Positions 39,280-49,156 of a stretch of 64,000 nt of DNA are shown one piece after another (the first letter of the stretch is position 1; every line of letters starts with the position of its first letter). The notes under the pieces are model-generated. The model did no database searches. It saw only the letters and a program-made list of their open reading frames with translations, and was not told the origin of the DNA. The position numbers and the translations under genes were made by a program. This DNA comes from an uncultured delta proteobacterium (GTDB taxonomy: Bacteria > Desulfobacterota > Syntrophia > Syntrophales > UBA2185). The stretch is from the NCBI GenBank assembly GCA_963729715.1, contig CAVSPA010000010.1, positions 181,230 through 245,229 on the forward strand, read 5' to 3'.

Positions 39280-41106
39280 ATGACTGATCAATTAATCGTC
39301 AGGTTGAAGAATGCACCCACATCACCAGGCGTCTACCTCATGAAAGACAAGGATGACAAAGTCATATATGTGGGTAAGGCCGGCAATTTGAAAAACCGCA
39401 TCAGGAACTATCTCGGCAGGACGGACGGTAGGTCCATGGTTTCCTTCCTCATCGCGAAGGTCCGCGATGTAGAATTTATATTAACAGATACAGAAAAGGA
39501 GGCCCTCATCCTCGAGAACAACCTGATTAAGGAGCACAGGCCTCGCTATAACGTCAATTTCAGGGATGACAAAACTTACTACAATATACGGATGGATCTG
39601 GCCGTTCTCTTCCCGCGCTTCCAACTCGTCAGACGCCCGAGAAAAGATGGCGCTCGCTATTTCGGACCGTACCCGTCGAGTGCTGCGGCAAAAGAGACGC
39701 TCCGTTTTATCCAAACCATATTCCGTCTCCGGACGTGCACAGACCGGGAAGTGATATCCAGAAAAAGACCTTGTATTGAATACCAGATCAAGAGATGTTT
39801 CGCTCCCTGTGCCGGACTCATCGATAGAGCATCTTATGAAGGATTGGTAAATGACAGCATGGCGTTTATGGAAGGCCGAGAGAAAAAGCTGGTGGCCGAT
39901 CTTAGTGTACGCATGGATACTGCCTCTGCACACCTGCGCTTTGAAGAGGCGGCGGTCCTGAGAGACACGATTGCCGCCGTCGAAGAAACTCTGGAGAAAC
40001 AGACGGCAGTCTCCAGATTCTTGATGGATCGTGATGTATTTGGTCTGCATGGCAAAGGCAACCTGACACAAATATGCATACTGTATGTAAGAAAAGGGAA
40101 GATTATCGGGAAAAAGCAATTTCCCCTATTCAGGATTGGAAGCCCTTCTTTTGAAATACTGTCTTCTCTTTTGAAACAATACTATGACGGCGGTGCTTAT
40201 ATCCCCGACGAAATAATCATTCCTCTTGATATAGAGGATCGAGCAGTTACGGCGGAATGGCTCTCGGAAAAGAAAGGGAAGAAGGTATCAGTAGCGGCGC
40301 CGAAAAGAGGCCATGGGATGGAACTGCTCAAGATAGCGGCAAACAACGCGGGAAGCATATTCGAAATGGAAAAACATAGAACCCCCGTGGAAGAAGTACT
40401 GAGTATACTTGCGAGAGAGCTCATGTTGAAAAATATACCGCACCGGATAGAGTGCTTCGACATTTCCAATATTGGCGGCAAGTACGCGGTGGGGTCAATG
40501 GTCACCTTCGTTGATGAAAAGGCATGGAAGTCAGGATACAGGCGCTTCAGGATCAAGACCGTTCATGGGGCCGATGATTATGCCATGATGTACGAAATCC
40601 TAAACAGGAGATATCGGGGGAAAGTCAATCTTCCGGATCTTATCCTTGTGGATGGAGGAAAAGGACAATTGGGCGTAGCTGTTGCAGTCCTGAAAGATTT
40701 AAATATAGAAGGCGTTGATGTTGTTGCTCTGGCCAAGGAACTCAGGCAGAGCCATACCGATAGAAGCGAGGATCGAGCTTTCATCGTAGGAAAGAAGGAT
40801 CCTGTGTACGTTTCAAAATGGCCTGAAGCGCTTTTCCTGCTTCAGAGGGTGAGAGATGAGGCGCACAGATTTGCCGTTGCTTATCACCGGAAGTTGAAAG
40901 GGAAGGGGGATTTCCACTCTCTGCTGGATGACATTGGGGGCATCGGCACAGCGAAGAAGAAGGCGCTGCTTAGACTCTTCGGTGATGTTGGCAGGATCAG
41001 AAATGCGTCTCTACAAGAACTGCAAGGGGTCCAGGGCATCGGCAGGAAGACTGCCGCAAATATCTATGCCTTTCTTAACGGGCATGGACGAGCGAGTGAT
41101 TTATGA
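39280..41106 (+). CDS. uvrC: Excinuclease ABC subunit C
   Basis: PGVYLM...YVGKA (GIY-YIG), ECFDISN, PDLILVDGGKGQ, RDEAHRFA, HhH. Confidence 0.97.
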   Translation: MTDQLIVRLKNAPTSPGVYLMKDKDDKVIYVGKAGNLKNRIRNYLGRTDGRSMVSFLIAKVRDVEFILTDTEKEALILENNLIKEHRPRYNVNFRDDKTYYNIRMDLAVLFPRFQLVRRPRKDGARYFGPYPSSAAAKETLRFIQTIFRLRTCTDREVISRKRPCIEYQIKRCFAPCAGLIDRASYEGLVNDSMAFMEGREKKLVADLSVRMDTASAHLRFEEAAVLRDTIAAVEETLEKQTAVSRFLMDRDVFGLHGKGNLTQICILYVRKGKIIGKKQFPLFRIGSPSFEILSSLLKQYYDGGAYIPDEIIIPLDIEDRAVTAEWLSEKKGKKVSVAAPKRGHGMELLKIAANNAGSIFEMEKHRTPVEEVLSILARELMLKNIPHRIECFDISNIGGKYAVGSMVTFVDEKAWKSGYRRFRIKTVHGADDYAMMYEILNRRYRGKVNLPDLILVDGGKGQLGVAVAVLKDLNIEGVDVVALAKELRQSHTDRSEDRAFIVGKKDPVYVSKWPEALFLLQRVRDEAHRFAVAYHRKLKGKGDFHSLLDDIGGIGTAKKKALLRLFGDVGRIRNASLQELQGVQGIGRKTAANIYAFLNGHGRASDL

Positions 41107-41660
41107 GTTTCCCGGCTATCTTGATCATTGCCATAGGCTTGGGAATGGATGCCTTCTCAGTGGCTGTCGGTGTGGGAGCAGGCCTCAGGGCAGTATCATG
41201 GGGAGCAGTCTTTCGGCTTTCCTCTTGCTTCGGATTATTCCAGTTTCTTATGCCTGTGGCGGGTTGGTTTGCCGGGGTGTCAGTAGCGAATATCATAGCA
41301 GGGTACGGTCACTGGATTGCTTTTGGGCTTCTTCTTCTTGTGGGTGGAAAAATAATCATTGAGTCATTTACCGGGGAAGCAAGGGTCCACGCTACGGATC
41401 CAACAAAAGGGCTGACCGTCACAATACTCTCCGTGGCGACGAGTATCGATGCCCTTGCCGTCGGCTTCGGCTTAGCTCTCTTGCAGATACCTGTATTCTA
41501 TCCCAGCATTGTTATCGGCGTAGTTACCTTCCTCATGACTATGTGCGGCATATTATTCGGAGGGAAACTGGGAGTGATTTTCGGCAAAAGAGTGGGAGCG
41601 ATTGGCGGTCTCCTTCTTATAGGCATCGGTGTGAAAATAATAATGGGGCACATGGCATAA
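41103..41660 (+). CDS. mntP: Manganese efflux pump
   Basis: LGMDAFSV and ATSIDALAVG motifs. Confidence 0.9.
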   Translation: MSFPAILIIAIGLGMDAFSVAVGVGAGLRAVSWGAVFRLSSCFGLFQFLMPVAGWFAGVSVANIIAGYGHWIAFGLLLLVGGKIIIESFTGEARVHATDPTKGLTVTILSVATSIDALAVGFGLALLQIPVFYPSIVIGVVTFLMTMCGILFGGKLGVIFGKRVGAIGGLLLIGIGVKIIMGHMA

Positions 41661-41673
41661 CGATAAGGGGGTT

Positions 41674-42237
41674 TTGATCATTATGGAGCCCATGTATTAT
41701 ACTTCGACGTCCACAGCGCTTGGCGACGTGGGAATTGCCTGGAGACGCAAAGACTACGTTGCAACCATCGTGAGGATATTTCTTCCTGCTCATGACGAGC
41801 GGCTTGATGATCTTATCCGGCGCTCCTTTCCGGGAGCGACCCGGCAGTCTCACACAATGACGAAGCAGCTATGCAGGAGCATCCAGGGCCTGGCAGAAGG
41901 GCGAGATGTTACATGTTCTGAGAACATTCTTGATATGAAAATCTGCGGTGAATTTCAGAGAAGGGTACTAAGTCAGGTGGTGCGGATTTCACGGGGAAGG
42001 GTCAGCACTTATGGGCGGATTGCAGAAAAAAGCAAGGCTTCAAGAGGCGCACGAGCGGTGGGGAATGCCCTTGCGATGAATCCTTATCCTCTCCTGATAC
42101 CATGTCACCGTGTGATTCGCTCCGATGGTTCTCTGGGCGGTTTCGGGGGCGGGTTGAAGATGAAAAAAGACCTCCTTGTTATAGAGGGCATCATATTTGA
42201 TGCAAAGGGACGGGTTCTCGAGAAATTTCTTTATTGA
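41674..42237 (+). CDS. ogt: Methylated-DNA-protein-cysteine methyltransferase
   Basis: STYG.IA, ARAVGNA, IPCHRV. Confidence 0.9.
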   Translation: MIIMEPMYYTSTSTALGDVGIAWRRKDYVATIVRIFLPAHDERLDDLIRRSFPGATRQSHTMTKQLCRSIQGLAEGRDVTCSENILDMKICGEFQRRVLSQVVRISRGRVSTYGRIAEKSKASRGARAVGNALAMNPYPLLIPCHRVIRSDGSLGGFGGGLKMKKDLLVIEGIIFDAKGRVLEKFLY

Positions 42238-42252
42238 ACATCCATGATGGCG

Positions 42253-43404
42253 TCAGATGTGAGTCTGTGGTTTTCGGGCTTCTCTTATTATAACGAGGTT
42301 ATCACGGTGGATAATCTCGTCGTAATCTTTGTAACCTAAGACCTGTTCGATCTTGGTTGTCTTCAGTCCCATGATTTTTCTCACTTCAGAGGAGCTGTAA
42401 TTAACCAGCCCCTTTGCAAGAGTTTCTCCTCTCATGTCGACGCAGGTAATCGGGTCACCTACGGAGAAATCACCTTCAATATTGGCAACGCCTGAGGGCA
42501 GCAGGCTTTTTCCTTCCTTAATCAGGGCATCCCTTGCCCCGTCATCGAGAATCAGTTTACCGCGTGACTTAAGCGTAAACGCTATCCAATGCTTTCTGCT
42601 GCGCAGGCGGTCGTTCGTGGGCAAAAAAAGCGTTCCTATGTCTTTGCCTGCGAATATATCATGTAGTACGCCCTTCCTCTTGCCCGGCGCTATAATGCAT
42701 GGAAGTCCGGAAGAAGTTACCGCCTTTGCGGCAATCACCTTGCTCTTCATGCCGCCTAATCCGACAGATGTCGTGTCATCCGTTGCCGCCGATTCTATCT
42801 CATCCGTGAACTCTTTTACCAGTGAGATAAGTTTTGCTTTAGTAGATACCGCTGGGTTCTGGTCGTACAGGCCTTCCGTACTGGTCAGATTGATGAGAAG
42901 CTGGGCATCCATGATATTAGTCATCATGGCTGCGAGATGATCATTATCCCCGAATTTTATTTCGTCAACGGCGACCGAATCGTTCTCGTTGATAATGGGG
43001 ACGACTTCCCAGTCGATGAGGGTGGATAGTGTATTGCGGACATTCAAGTATCTCTTCCTGTCTGTAAGGTCACTCATGGTAAGCAATATCTGGGCTACAA
43101 AAATGCCGTATTTTCCGAAGGAATTGGAATAGACCCGCATGAGCCGACTCTGTCCGACAGCGGCGGCGGCCTGCTTCTGCGGCATACTCTTCAGCTTGCC
43201 TGTTATGCCCATTCTGTGTTTGCCGGATGCAATGGCGCCTGACGTTACAATTACGATCTGGTGTCCTGCTTTCCGGAGTTGCGCCATCTCGTCAACGAGT
43301 TGCTCGATAATCTGCAGATCAAGTCCGTCTTCGCCCGTTAATACGGCGCTGCCGATTTTGATGAGTACACGCTTAACGTTGGCGAGGGTTTCTTTCCGGT
43401 TCAT
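42253..43404 (-). CDS. proB: Glutamate 5-kinase
   Basis: IKIGSAVL, PIINEND, FGDND, GGMKSK, PUA domain. Confidence 0.97.
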   Translation of the reverse strand: MNRKETLANVKRVLIKIGSAVLTGEDGLDLQIIEQLVDEMAQLRKAGHQIVIVTSGAIASGKHRMGITGKLKSMPQKQAAAAVGQSRLMRVYSNSFGKYGIFVAQILLTMSDLTDRKRYLNVRNTLSTLIDWEVVPIINENDSVAVDEIKFGDNDHLAAMMTNIMDAQLLINLTSTEGLYDQNPAVSTKAKLISLVKEFTDEIESAATDDTTSVGLGGMKSKVIAAKAVTSSGLPCIIAPGKRKGVLHDIFAGKDIGTLFLPTNDRLRSRKHWIAFTLKSRGKLILDDGARDALIKEGKSLLPSGVANIEGDFSVGDPITCVDMRGETLAKGLVNYSSSEVRKIMGLKTTKIEQVLGYKDYDEIIHRDNLVIIREARKPQTHI

Positions 43405-43411
43405 AGCTCCC

Positions 43412-44422
43412 TCAGGTCACCTCATTATTATGCAGTTTTCTTGTGATTTCATTAATCACACTATCAATTCCTTCTCCGGTTATGGCGGAAAATGCTAATA
43501 CCTTTATGCCGTTTCTCTTAAATATGTCAAATTCTTTTTTGAAACTGTCCCGCGTTACGGGAAGATCAATTTTATTTATGGCAACAACCTGCGGCTTTTC
43601 TCGGAGAGACGGGCTGAAAAGACTGAGTTCGTGGTTTACGGTCTCGAAATCCTGCCAGGCATTACTGTGCGATTCCTGGGATATGTCGAGAATGTGCAGA
43701 AGAACAGAGGTCCTCTCGATGTGACGGAGAAACCTGGTTCCCATTCCCATTCCCGCGTGGGCGCCTTCGATAAGCCCGGGGATGTCGGCTATCACGAAGG
43801 TTTCCAAGTCTCCATACTTTACGACACCCAAATGGGGCACCAGCGTAGTGAAAGGATAATCGGCGACTTTAGGCTTTGCCGCAGACACCTTGGAAATGAA
43901 TGTCGATTTTCCAACATTGGGCAGTCCAATGATGCCTACATCGGCCAGAAGCTTCAGTTCAAGAGTTATCCAGCGTTCTTCACCCTGAATGCCGCCTTGA
44001 GCATGACGTGGCGCCTGATTTGTTGACGTGGCAAACCATGCGTTTCCCTTGCCGCCTGCGCCTCCCGCAGCCACGATAGAGGTCTCTCCATCAGCGGCCA
44101 GATCTGCTATGATTTCTCCCGTTTCCGCGTCTTTGACCAATGTGCCTATGGGAACAACTATTTCAACGTCGGGAGAATTACGGCCTGTTCTGTCAGCACC
44201 TTTTCCATGTCCGCCGTGTTTCGCCCTGTGGTGCTGTTTGTACTTTAAGTCAAGCAGTGTCCTGTGACTCGCAGAAGCCCGTACAACTATATCGCCGCCT
44301 TTACCGCCGTTTCCGCCGTCGGGTCCGCCCCGGGGAACGAACTTTTCCCGCCGGAAACTAACACAACCTCGACCTCCGTCGCCTGCCTTCACATATATTT
44401 TTGCTTCGTCAATGAATTTCAT
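43412..44422 (-). CDS. obgE: GTPase ObgE/CgtA
   Basis: MKFIDEAKI...GGPDGGNGG, GLPNVGKS, DYPFTTL, DIPG, NKID. Confidence 0.97.
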   Translation of the reverse strand: MKFIDEAKIYVKAGDGGRGCVSFRREKFVPRGGPDGGNGGKGGDIVVRASASHRTLLDLKYKQHHRAKHGGHGKGADRTGRNSPDVEIVVPIGTLVKDAETGEIIADLAADGETSIVAAGGAGGKGNAWFATSTNQAPRHAQGGIQGEERWITLELKLLADVGIIGLPNVGKSTFISKVSAAKPKVADYPFTTLVPHLGVVKYGDLETFVIADIPGLIEGAHAGMGMGTRFLRHIERTSVLLHILDISQESHSNAWQDFETVNHELSLFSPSLREKPQVVAINKIDLPVTRDSFKKEFDIFKRNGIKVLAFSAITGEGIDSVINEITRKLHNNEVT

Positions 44423-44437
44423 CGGACATGATCTTTT

Positions 44438-44467
44438 AAAAAAAAGAGGCACTTGAACAAGTGCCTC
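44438..44467 (-). terminator. Rho-independent terminator after csp, just upstream of obgE
   Basis: Stem gaggcactt / aagtgcctc followed by eight T on the minus strand. Confidence 0.8.
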
Positions 44468-44532
44468 AAAGGAATTTACATACTTTAAATAAAATTCCCG
44501 GCCATTCTCACTCATGGCCCGTAGAGTCCGTC

Positions 44533-44742
44533 TTATAATTTGCGGACATTCACGGCTGCCTGCCCCTTATTATCCTGCTTTACCGTGAACTCCACGCGTT
44601 CTCCCTCTGCCAAACTGCGAAAACCCTCCCCGTCAATTGATGTGTAGTGAACAAAAACATCCTCTCCCGATTCCCGAGAGATAAAACCATACCCCTTCTT
44701 GTCGTTAAACCATTTAACAACGCCGGTTTCACGCTCGTCCAT
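44533..44742 (-). CDS. Cold-shock protein
   Basis: GVVKWFN, KGYGFI, DVFVHY. Confidence 0.96.
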   Translation of the reverse strand: MDERETGVVKWFNDKKGYGFISRESGEDVFVHYTSIDGEGFRSLAEGERVEFTVKQDNKGQAAVNVRKL

Positions 44743-44777
44743 TTTCCTACAAGCCTCCTCCTTTATTTGAAAGCTGG

Positions 44778-45032
44778 CTATGAAGCATAAACGCTTACTT
44801 TTTTTCTTTTCTTGTCCAGCCTTTCATACATCACAATGCCGTCAATTTTGGAAAAGATTGTGTAGTCCTTGCCCAGAGCGACGTTATTGCCCGGATGGAT
44901 TTTTGTTCCGACCTGACGGACGATAATGGTGCCGGCGTTAATCTTCTGCCCGCCAAACGCCTTAATACCACGCCTCTGGGCGTTGCTGTCCCTGCCGTTC
45001 CGGGAACTTCCCTGTCCTTTCTTATGTGCCAT
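44778..45032 (-). CDS. rpmA: 50S ribosomal protein L27
   Basis: [23 protein letters not shown]. Confidence 0.98.
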   Translation of the reverse strand: MAHKKGQGSSRNGRDSNAQRRGIKAFGGQKINAGTIIVRQVGTKIHPGNNVALGKDYTIFSKIDGIVMYERLDKKRKKVSVYAS

Positions 45033-45042
45033 GATACCCCCG

Positions 45043-45354
45043 CTAAATGGAAATTTCCTTAATCTTCATTCTTGTCAATTTCTGGCGATGCCCCGTTTTT
45101 TTCTTGAAACCCTTTCTTCTTTTCATTTTAAAGACATTTATCTTGCCTGCCTTCGTCTGATCGATAATCTCGCCCTCAACCTTTGCACCCGTGAGGAATG
45201 GCGTACCCACCTTGACAACTTCGCCACTGGAGACCATCAACACCTCGTTAAAGACAATGATTTCCCCTTTAGAGCCATCTATTTTCTCGATCGAAATCTC
45301 ATCGCCCTGTGAGACTTTATGCTGCTTTCCGCCTGTTTTTATTACCGCATACAT
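45043..45354 (-). CDS. rplU: 50S ribosomal protein L21
   Basis: [15 protein letters not shown]. Confidence 0.98.
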   Translation of the reverse strand: MYAVIKTGGKQHKVSQGDEISIEKIDGSKGEIIVFNEVLMVSSGEVVKVGTPFLTGAKVEGEIIDQTKAGKINVFKMKRRKGFKKKTGHRQKLTRMKIKEISI

Positions 45355-45388
45355 ACAATCAAACCTTCATTGGAGAAATTTGGAATGC

Positions 45389-45418
45389 ACTTTATCGAAA
45401 AAAATCACCATTTGTCAA
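45389..45418 (-). promoter_or_regulatory. Sigma70-type promoter of the rplU operon
   Basis: TTGACA-18 nt-TAAAGT on the minus strand. Confidence 0.55.
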
Positions 45419-45542
45419 CATAATTTATTTGGCGGAGTCGTTCTCTTCTTTAGCTGTAGTTGCAACCTGTCACAAAACCATAGAGTAGAGTCTTCTCCTC
45501 AAATAATGTTTTAGCGGCAGCCGTGCTTTTTCCAACGGGCCG

Positions 45543-45974
45543 TCAGGACGAACCGTCCCTGAGGAAGGAACTGTATTTGTAGCTGTTTTTCTCGATATCC
45601 CGGTATTTGGAAAGAGCGTAACTTGCAGGAAATGAGGCTCGCGAAAGATATGACAGAGAGTTCTTCTTGAAATCATCCAGCAACTCTTGGAAAACGACAT
45701 TCTTCTCCCTATCCCTTACGAAGGCCCGCTCTTTCCTGTATTCGAAGAAGATCTCCGTGCCCATAATTTTTCTCACCCGCTCATAGTGATCAGATTTAGC
45801 AAAATAAGATGGCTGAAGTTCAATCCGAATCCTGATTAAGAGTTCGACCTTCGTTGTATCGTCCGCAATAGAAACGGATTTATCCCAGACTTCGACCGTT
45901 AGACCATTTGGCATGGGTATTTTTTCTATCAGTACCATATGGGATTTTTTATCATCTTTATACTTGACCTGCAA
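45543..45974 (-). CDS. Hypothetical protein
   Basis: 143-aa ORF with protein-like composition; GAGGA before TTG. Confidence 0.65.
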   Translation of the reverse strand: MQVKYKDDKKSHMVLIEKIPMPNGLTVEVWDKSVSIADDTTKVELLIRIRIELQPSYFAKSDHYERVRKIMGTEIFFEYRKERAFVRDREKNVVFQELLDDFKKNSLSYLSRASFPASYALSKYRDIEKNSYKYSSFLRDGSS

Positions 45975-46110
45975 ATATATTCCTCATATATAGGGGCAAA
46001 AATCTGCCTCCTGACTTCAGGTTCAAGAGGGAGGATCGTTTTAGCCGGGGATGTTTAGGCTTCATGGCGATCCGGGATCTTAATCACGGTTCCAAATCGG
46101 TTATCAGCAA

Positions 46111-46920
46111 ATGAAAGATGAGACACTCATCCAACTTTGCCAGCCAGATGCAAACAAATCCTGCGGGGCGTGTTGCGGACTCTATAATTATGCTGACAGC
46201 ACCAAAGATTCTCTGTCGAGACGATTAAGAGAAAGGACGGATTACTTTCGGGAAACGGTCAGGTGCAGAGAAGACTTACCAGACTTTTCCCGGACAGTTA
46301 AAATGTCGGAAGACGCGAGGACAATATACGAGGTTATCTACTGCTGTGAGTACCTGGGTTTCCTCGATGAAGCGGAGAAAAAAGTAGGGTGCCTCCTCCA
46401 TCCCTGCCAGAACGGCGGCTCGGATATGAGGGGAGTTTCCTTTTATGGCAGGGAGCTATGTGAAGGGCATCTGTGTCCGAGCTATCATTATCTGTCGAGA
46501 GAAGAGAAGGTCGCACTGACAAATATTGCAAACGACTGGTACCTTTACGGCTTATGCATCACCGATATCGATTTGGTAAAATCGTATTTTCGCCTGGTCA
46601 GCGAGAGGGTTTGTGAAACGCTGTCACCCGCCAGATTGAAAGAAAACGGTCTTGAGGATATCATCCTCAATTTCTTTTCCTTCAAGATTTCCTGGCCTTT
46701 CAGGTCGTCTGCCACCAATCGTTTCGGCAAGTATTATTTCGACGGATCAGAGTATATGATCAACCGCATCGACTACAATGCCCTGGGCTGCGAGGGATCT
46801 CGATTCAACAGTATATTTCTCAGCCTTTCTTCAGAGTTTCAGAATATGCAGGAATTAAAGGAAGGGGAGAAGCTGATAGAAGCAAACATTGATGAATTCG
46901 CTCGCGCCTATTTGCCGTAA
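46111..46920 (+). CDS. Cysteine-rich hypothetical protein (possible Zn/Fe-S binding)
   Basis: SCGACCG, YCCEYLGF, VGCLLHP, CEGHLCP. Confidence 0.75.
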   Translation: MKDETLIQLCQPDANKSCGACCGLYNYADSTKDSLSRRLRERTDYFRETVRCREDLPDFSRTVKMSEDARTIYEVIYCCEYLGFLDEAEKKVGCLLHPCQNGGSDMRGVSFYGRELCEGHLCPSYHYLSREEKVALTNIANDWYLYGLCITDIDLVKSYFRLVSERVCETLSPARLKENGLEDIILNFFSFKISWPFRSSATNRFGKYYFDGSEYMINRIDYNALGCEGSRFNSIFLSLSSEFQNMQELKEGEKLIEANIDEFARAYLP

Positions 46921-46997
46921 TTATGATTGCTGCTCATGAGCAATCGGCATTTGCAAGAGGTGCGCTATCTTGAACATGGCTGGCACGGGGGGATCGT

Positions 46998-47525
46998 ATG
47001 AGCGAAATAAAAAAAGAGATTCTTATTGCCAAGGCGGATATTGACAGAAGGGTTCGGGAATTGGCTGATGTCATCTCCCGTGATTACGAAGGGAAAGATC
47101 TGATCCTTGTCGGTATTCTTAAGGGTGCGTTTGTATTCATGGCGGATCTGATACGTTATCTGCGTATCCCGTGTCAAGTCGATTTTGTGCGCCTGGCGAG
47201 TTATGGTGGAGGAACCATGAGCACGGGGAATATCACGATCTCTAAAGATATTGAAACATTGATAAAGGGAAAGGACGTCCTCGTTGTGGAAGATATCCTG
47301 GATACCGGCCTGACCCTCTCTTCTCTGGTGGAGAGGCTCAAGAAAAGAGATCCGCGATCGTTAAAGATATGCGTACTCCTCGACAAAAAAGACAGAAGAA
47401 AGGTGCCGTTTGAAGCGGAGTACGTAGGTTTCGACATTCCGGACAGGTTTGTCGTGGGATATGGCATTGATTTCAATGAAATGTATCGCTTCTTACCGGA
47501 TGTATGTGTCATCGGGGAAAGTTGA
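46998..47525 (+). CDS. hpt: Hypoxanthine phosphoribosyltransferase
   Basis: GILKGA, LVVEDILDTG, LLDK, FVVGYGID. Confidence 0.96.
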   Translation: MSEIKKEILIAKADIDRRVRELADVISRDYEGKDLILVGILKGAFVFMADLIRYLRIPCQVDFVRLASYGGGTMSTGNITISKDIETLIKGKDVLVVEDILDTGLTLSSLVERLKKRDPRSLKICVLLDKKDRRKVPFEAEYVGFDIPDRFVVGYGIDFNEMYRFLPDVCVIGES

Positions 47526-47591
47526 TGGACAAGCCATTCTTCAAGATGGGATTGCTTAAGGAAGGAATCTTTCCGATTTACTGGAGGGTAT

Positions 47592-48518
47592 ATGGTCGCT
47601 GAATGTAAGAATTGTCAAACGAAATTCAGGTTTGATGAGACACTGATTGGAGGCGAGGGTGTATGGGTCAGGTGTAACCAATGCAAGCATGTCTTCTTTC
47701 TTGATAATGCGAATGAGGCAGGAACGGCTTCATTGGACGATAGAGAAAGTGGTAGGGATACAGAAGATATGAAGGAACCTGCATCTGATTACAAGAGAGC
47801 GACACAAGGGCAGATTATGTTGGATCAGAAGGAAGATATGAAAGAGCGGGAAACGGTGACGGTCGGGGATATTGAAAAGGAGGTTGGAGACATCGGCAAG
47901 CATAGGTCTGTCGAGACGGAAAATGTGCAAGATAATAGGCCGGGCCGGAATAAGATCACTGAAGAAAAGGCCGGGACGAAGCCGGTGGCGTCCCATATAA
48001 GACAAGTGGTGTATTTATTAATAGTGCTCCTCATGGGGGGTGCTTATTTTGCCTTCTTCGCCGACACCGATTGGCAGACGTCCTTCGAAAAAATATTCGG
48101 CATGTCTAAGAAAAGCGAGGAAGTTGGTCCCGCGCAGGTCGATGTTACAGATGTGAGACAGCGATTCGTGAATAACTTAACCATGGGGACAATTCGCGTT
48201 TTAGAAGGTACGGCAATCAACCGTTCATCGTATCCTATGACGAGAATAAAGGTTAAGGGGGAGGTTACCGATGCCTACACTGTTGTACTCGGAGTCAGGG
48301 AATCGTATTGCGGAAATCTGCTGAACGCGGATGAACTGGTGACCATGACTGAGGATCAAATCCAGAAGGAACTATCCAATCCTCAGGGGAGTGACGTGTC
48401 TAACGACCGGATTGTGCCCCAGGGTCGGATCCCCTTCATGATAGTATTTACGCGGGAACCGGCGGGCGTTGTGAAAGCGTTTGCCACGCCTGTAGGCGCA
48501 GAGCGCCTGCTGCCTTAG
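47592..48518 (+). CDS. Zinc-ribbon (MJ0042-type) / TM / DUF3426-like protein
   Basis: CKNC...VRCNQC.HVF N-terminus, charged linker, one TM, C-terminal IPFMIVF. Confidence 0.75.
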   Translation: MVAECKNCQTKFRFDETLIGGEGVWVRCNQCKHVFFLDNANEAGTASLDDRESGRDTEDMKEPASDYKRATQGQIMLDQKEDMKERETVTVGDIEKEVGDIGKHRSVETENVQDNRPGRNKITEEKAGTKPVASHIRQVVYLLIVLLMGGAYFAFFADTDWQTSFEKIFGMSKKSEEVGPAQVDVTDVRQRFVNNLTMGTIRVLEGTAINRSSYPMTRIKVKGEVTDAYTVVLGVRESYCGNLLNADELVTMTEDQIQKELSNPQGSDVSNDRIVPQGRIPFMIVFTREPAGVVKAFATPVGAERLLP

Positions 48519-48520
48519 GG

Positions 48521-49156
48521 CTATACAAATGTGGAATTGGCTAATTTGTATTTGGGAATGATCCCCTCTCGCAGTATCACCGGAGGGTCAGTGGTTACAT
48601 CTATGATTGTAGATCCTGAACCGCCCGGGGTTTGCCCACCGTCTATGACCGCGTCTATTTGATCTCCAATGCCTTGGATGACTTCATCGGCCGACGTACA
48701 CTCAAGCTTACCGGAAAAATTAGCGCTTGTCGCCGTTATCGGGTGACCGAGTTTATTAGTCAGAGCGGTTGCTACAGGGTGGCTGGAGAGGCGGATGCCG
48801 ATCTTTCCCGTTCCAGCCGTAAGAAATGCTGATACGTCCGGCGAGGCTTTGAATATGATGGTCAAGGCCCCCGGCCAGAATTGTTCCATAAGATAGAGTG
48901 CGAACTGCGGTATTTCCGCCACAAGACCTCTCACATCTTCGGCGTTGCCAATGATTACAGAGATGGGATTCTTAAAGCTCCTTCCCTTGATCACGAATAT
49001 CTTCTTGATTGCATCTTCGATTTGTCCGTCTGCACCGAGCCCGTAGAAGGTCTCCGTAGGATAGGCTACGACTCCGCCCGCCCTGAGAATCGATGACGCT
49101 TCTGCAATCACGGATTCATCAGGTCTTTGGCGATCGATTTTCAAGACTTGTCGCAT
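48521..49156 (-). CDS. tsaC: L-threonylcarbamoyladenylate synthase (YrdC/Sua5)
   Basis: YPTETFYGL, KGR, FWPGALT, TATSAN, STIID. Confidence 0.93.
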   Translation of the reverse strand: MRQVLKIDRQRPDESVIAEASSILRAGGVVAYPTETFYGLGADGQIEDAIKKIFVIKGRSFKNPISVIIGNAEDVRGLVAEIPQFALYLMEQFWPGALTIIFKASPDVSAFLTAGTGKIGIRLSSHPVATALTNKLGHPITATSANFSGKLECTSADEVIQGIGDQIDAVIDGGQTPGGSGSTIIDVTTDPPVILREGIIPKYKLANSTFV

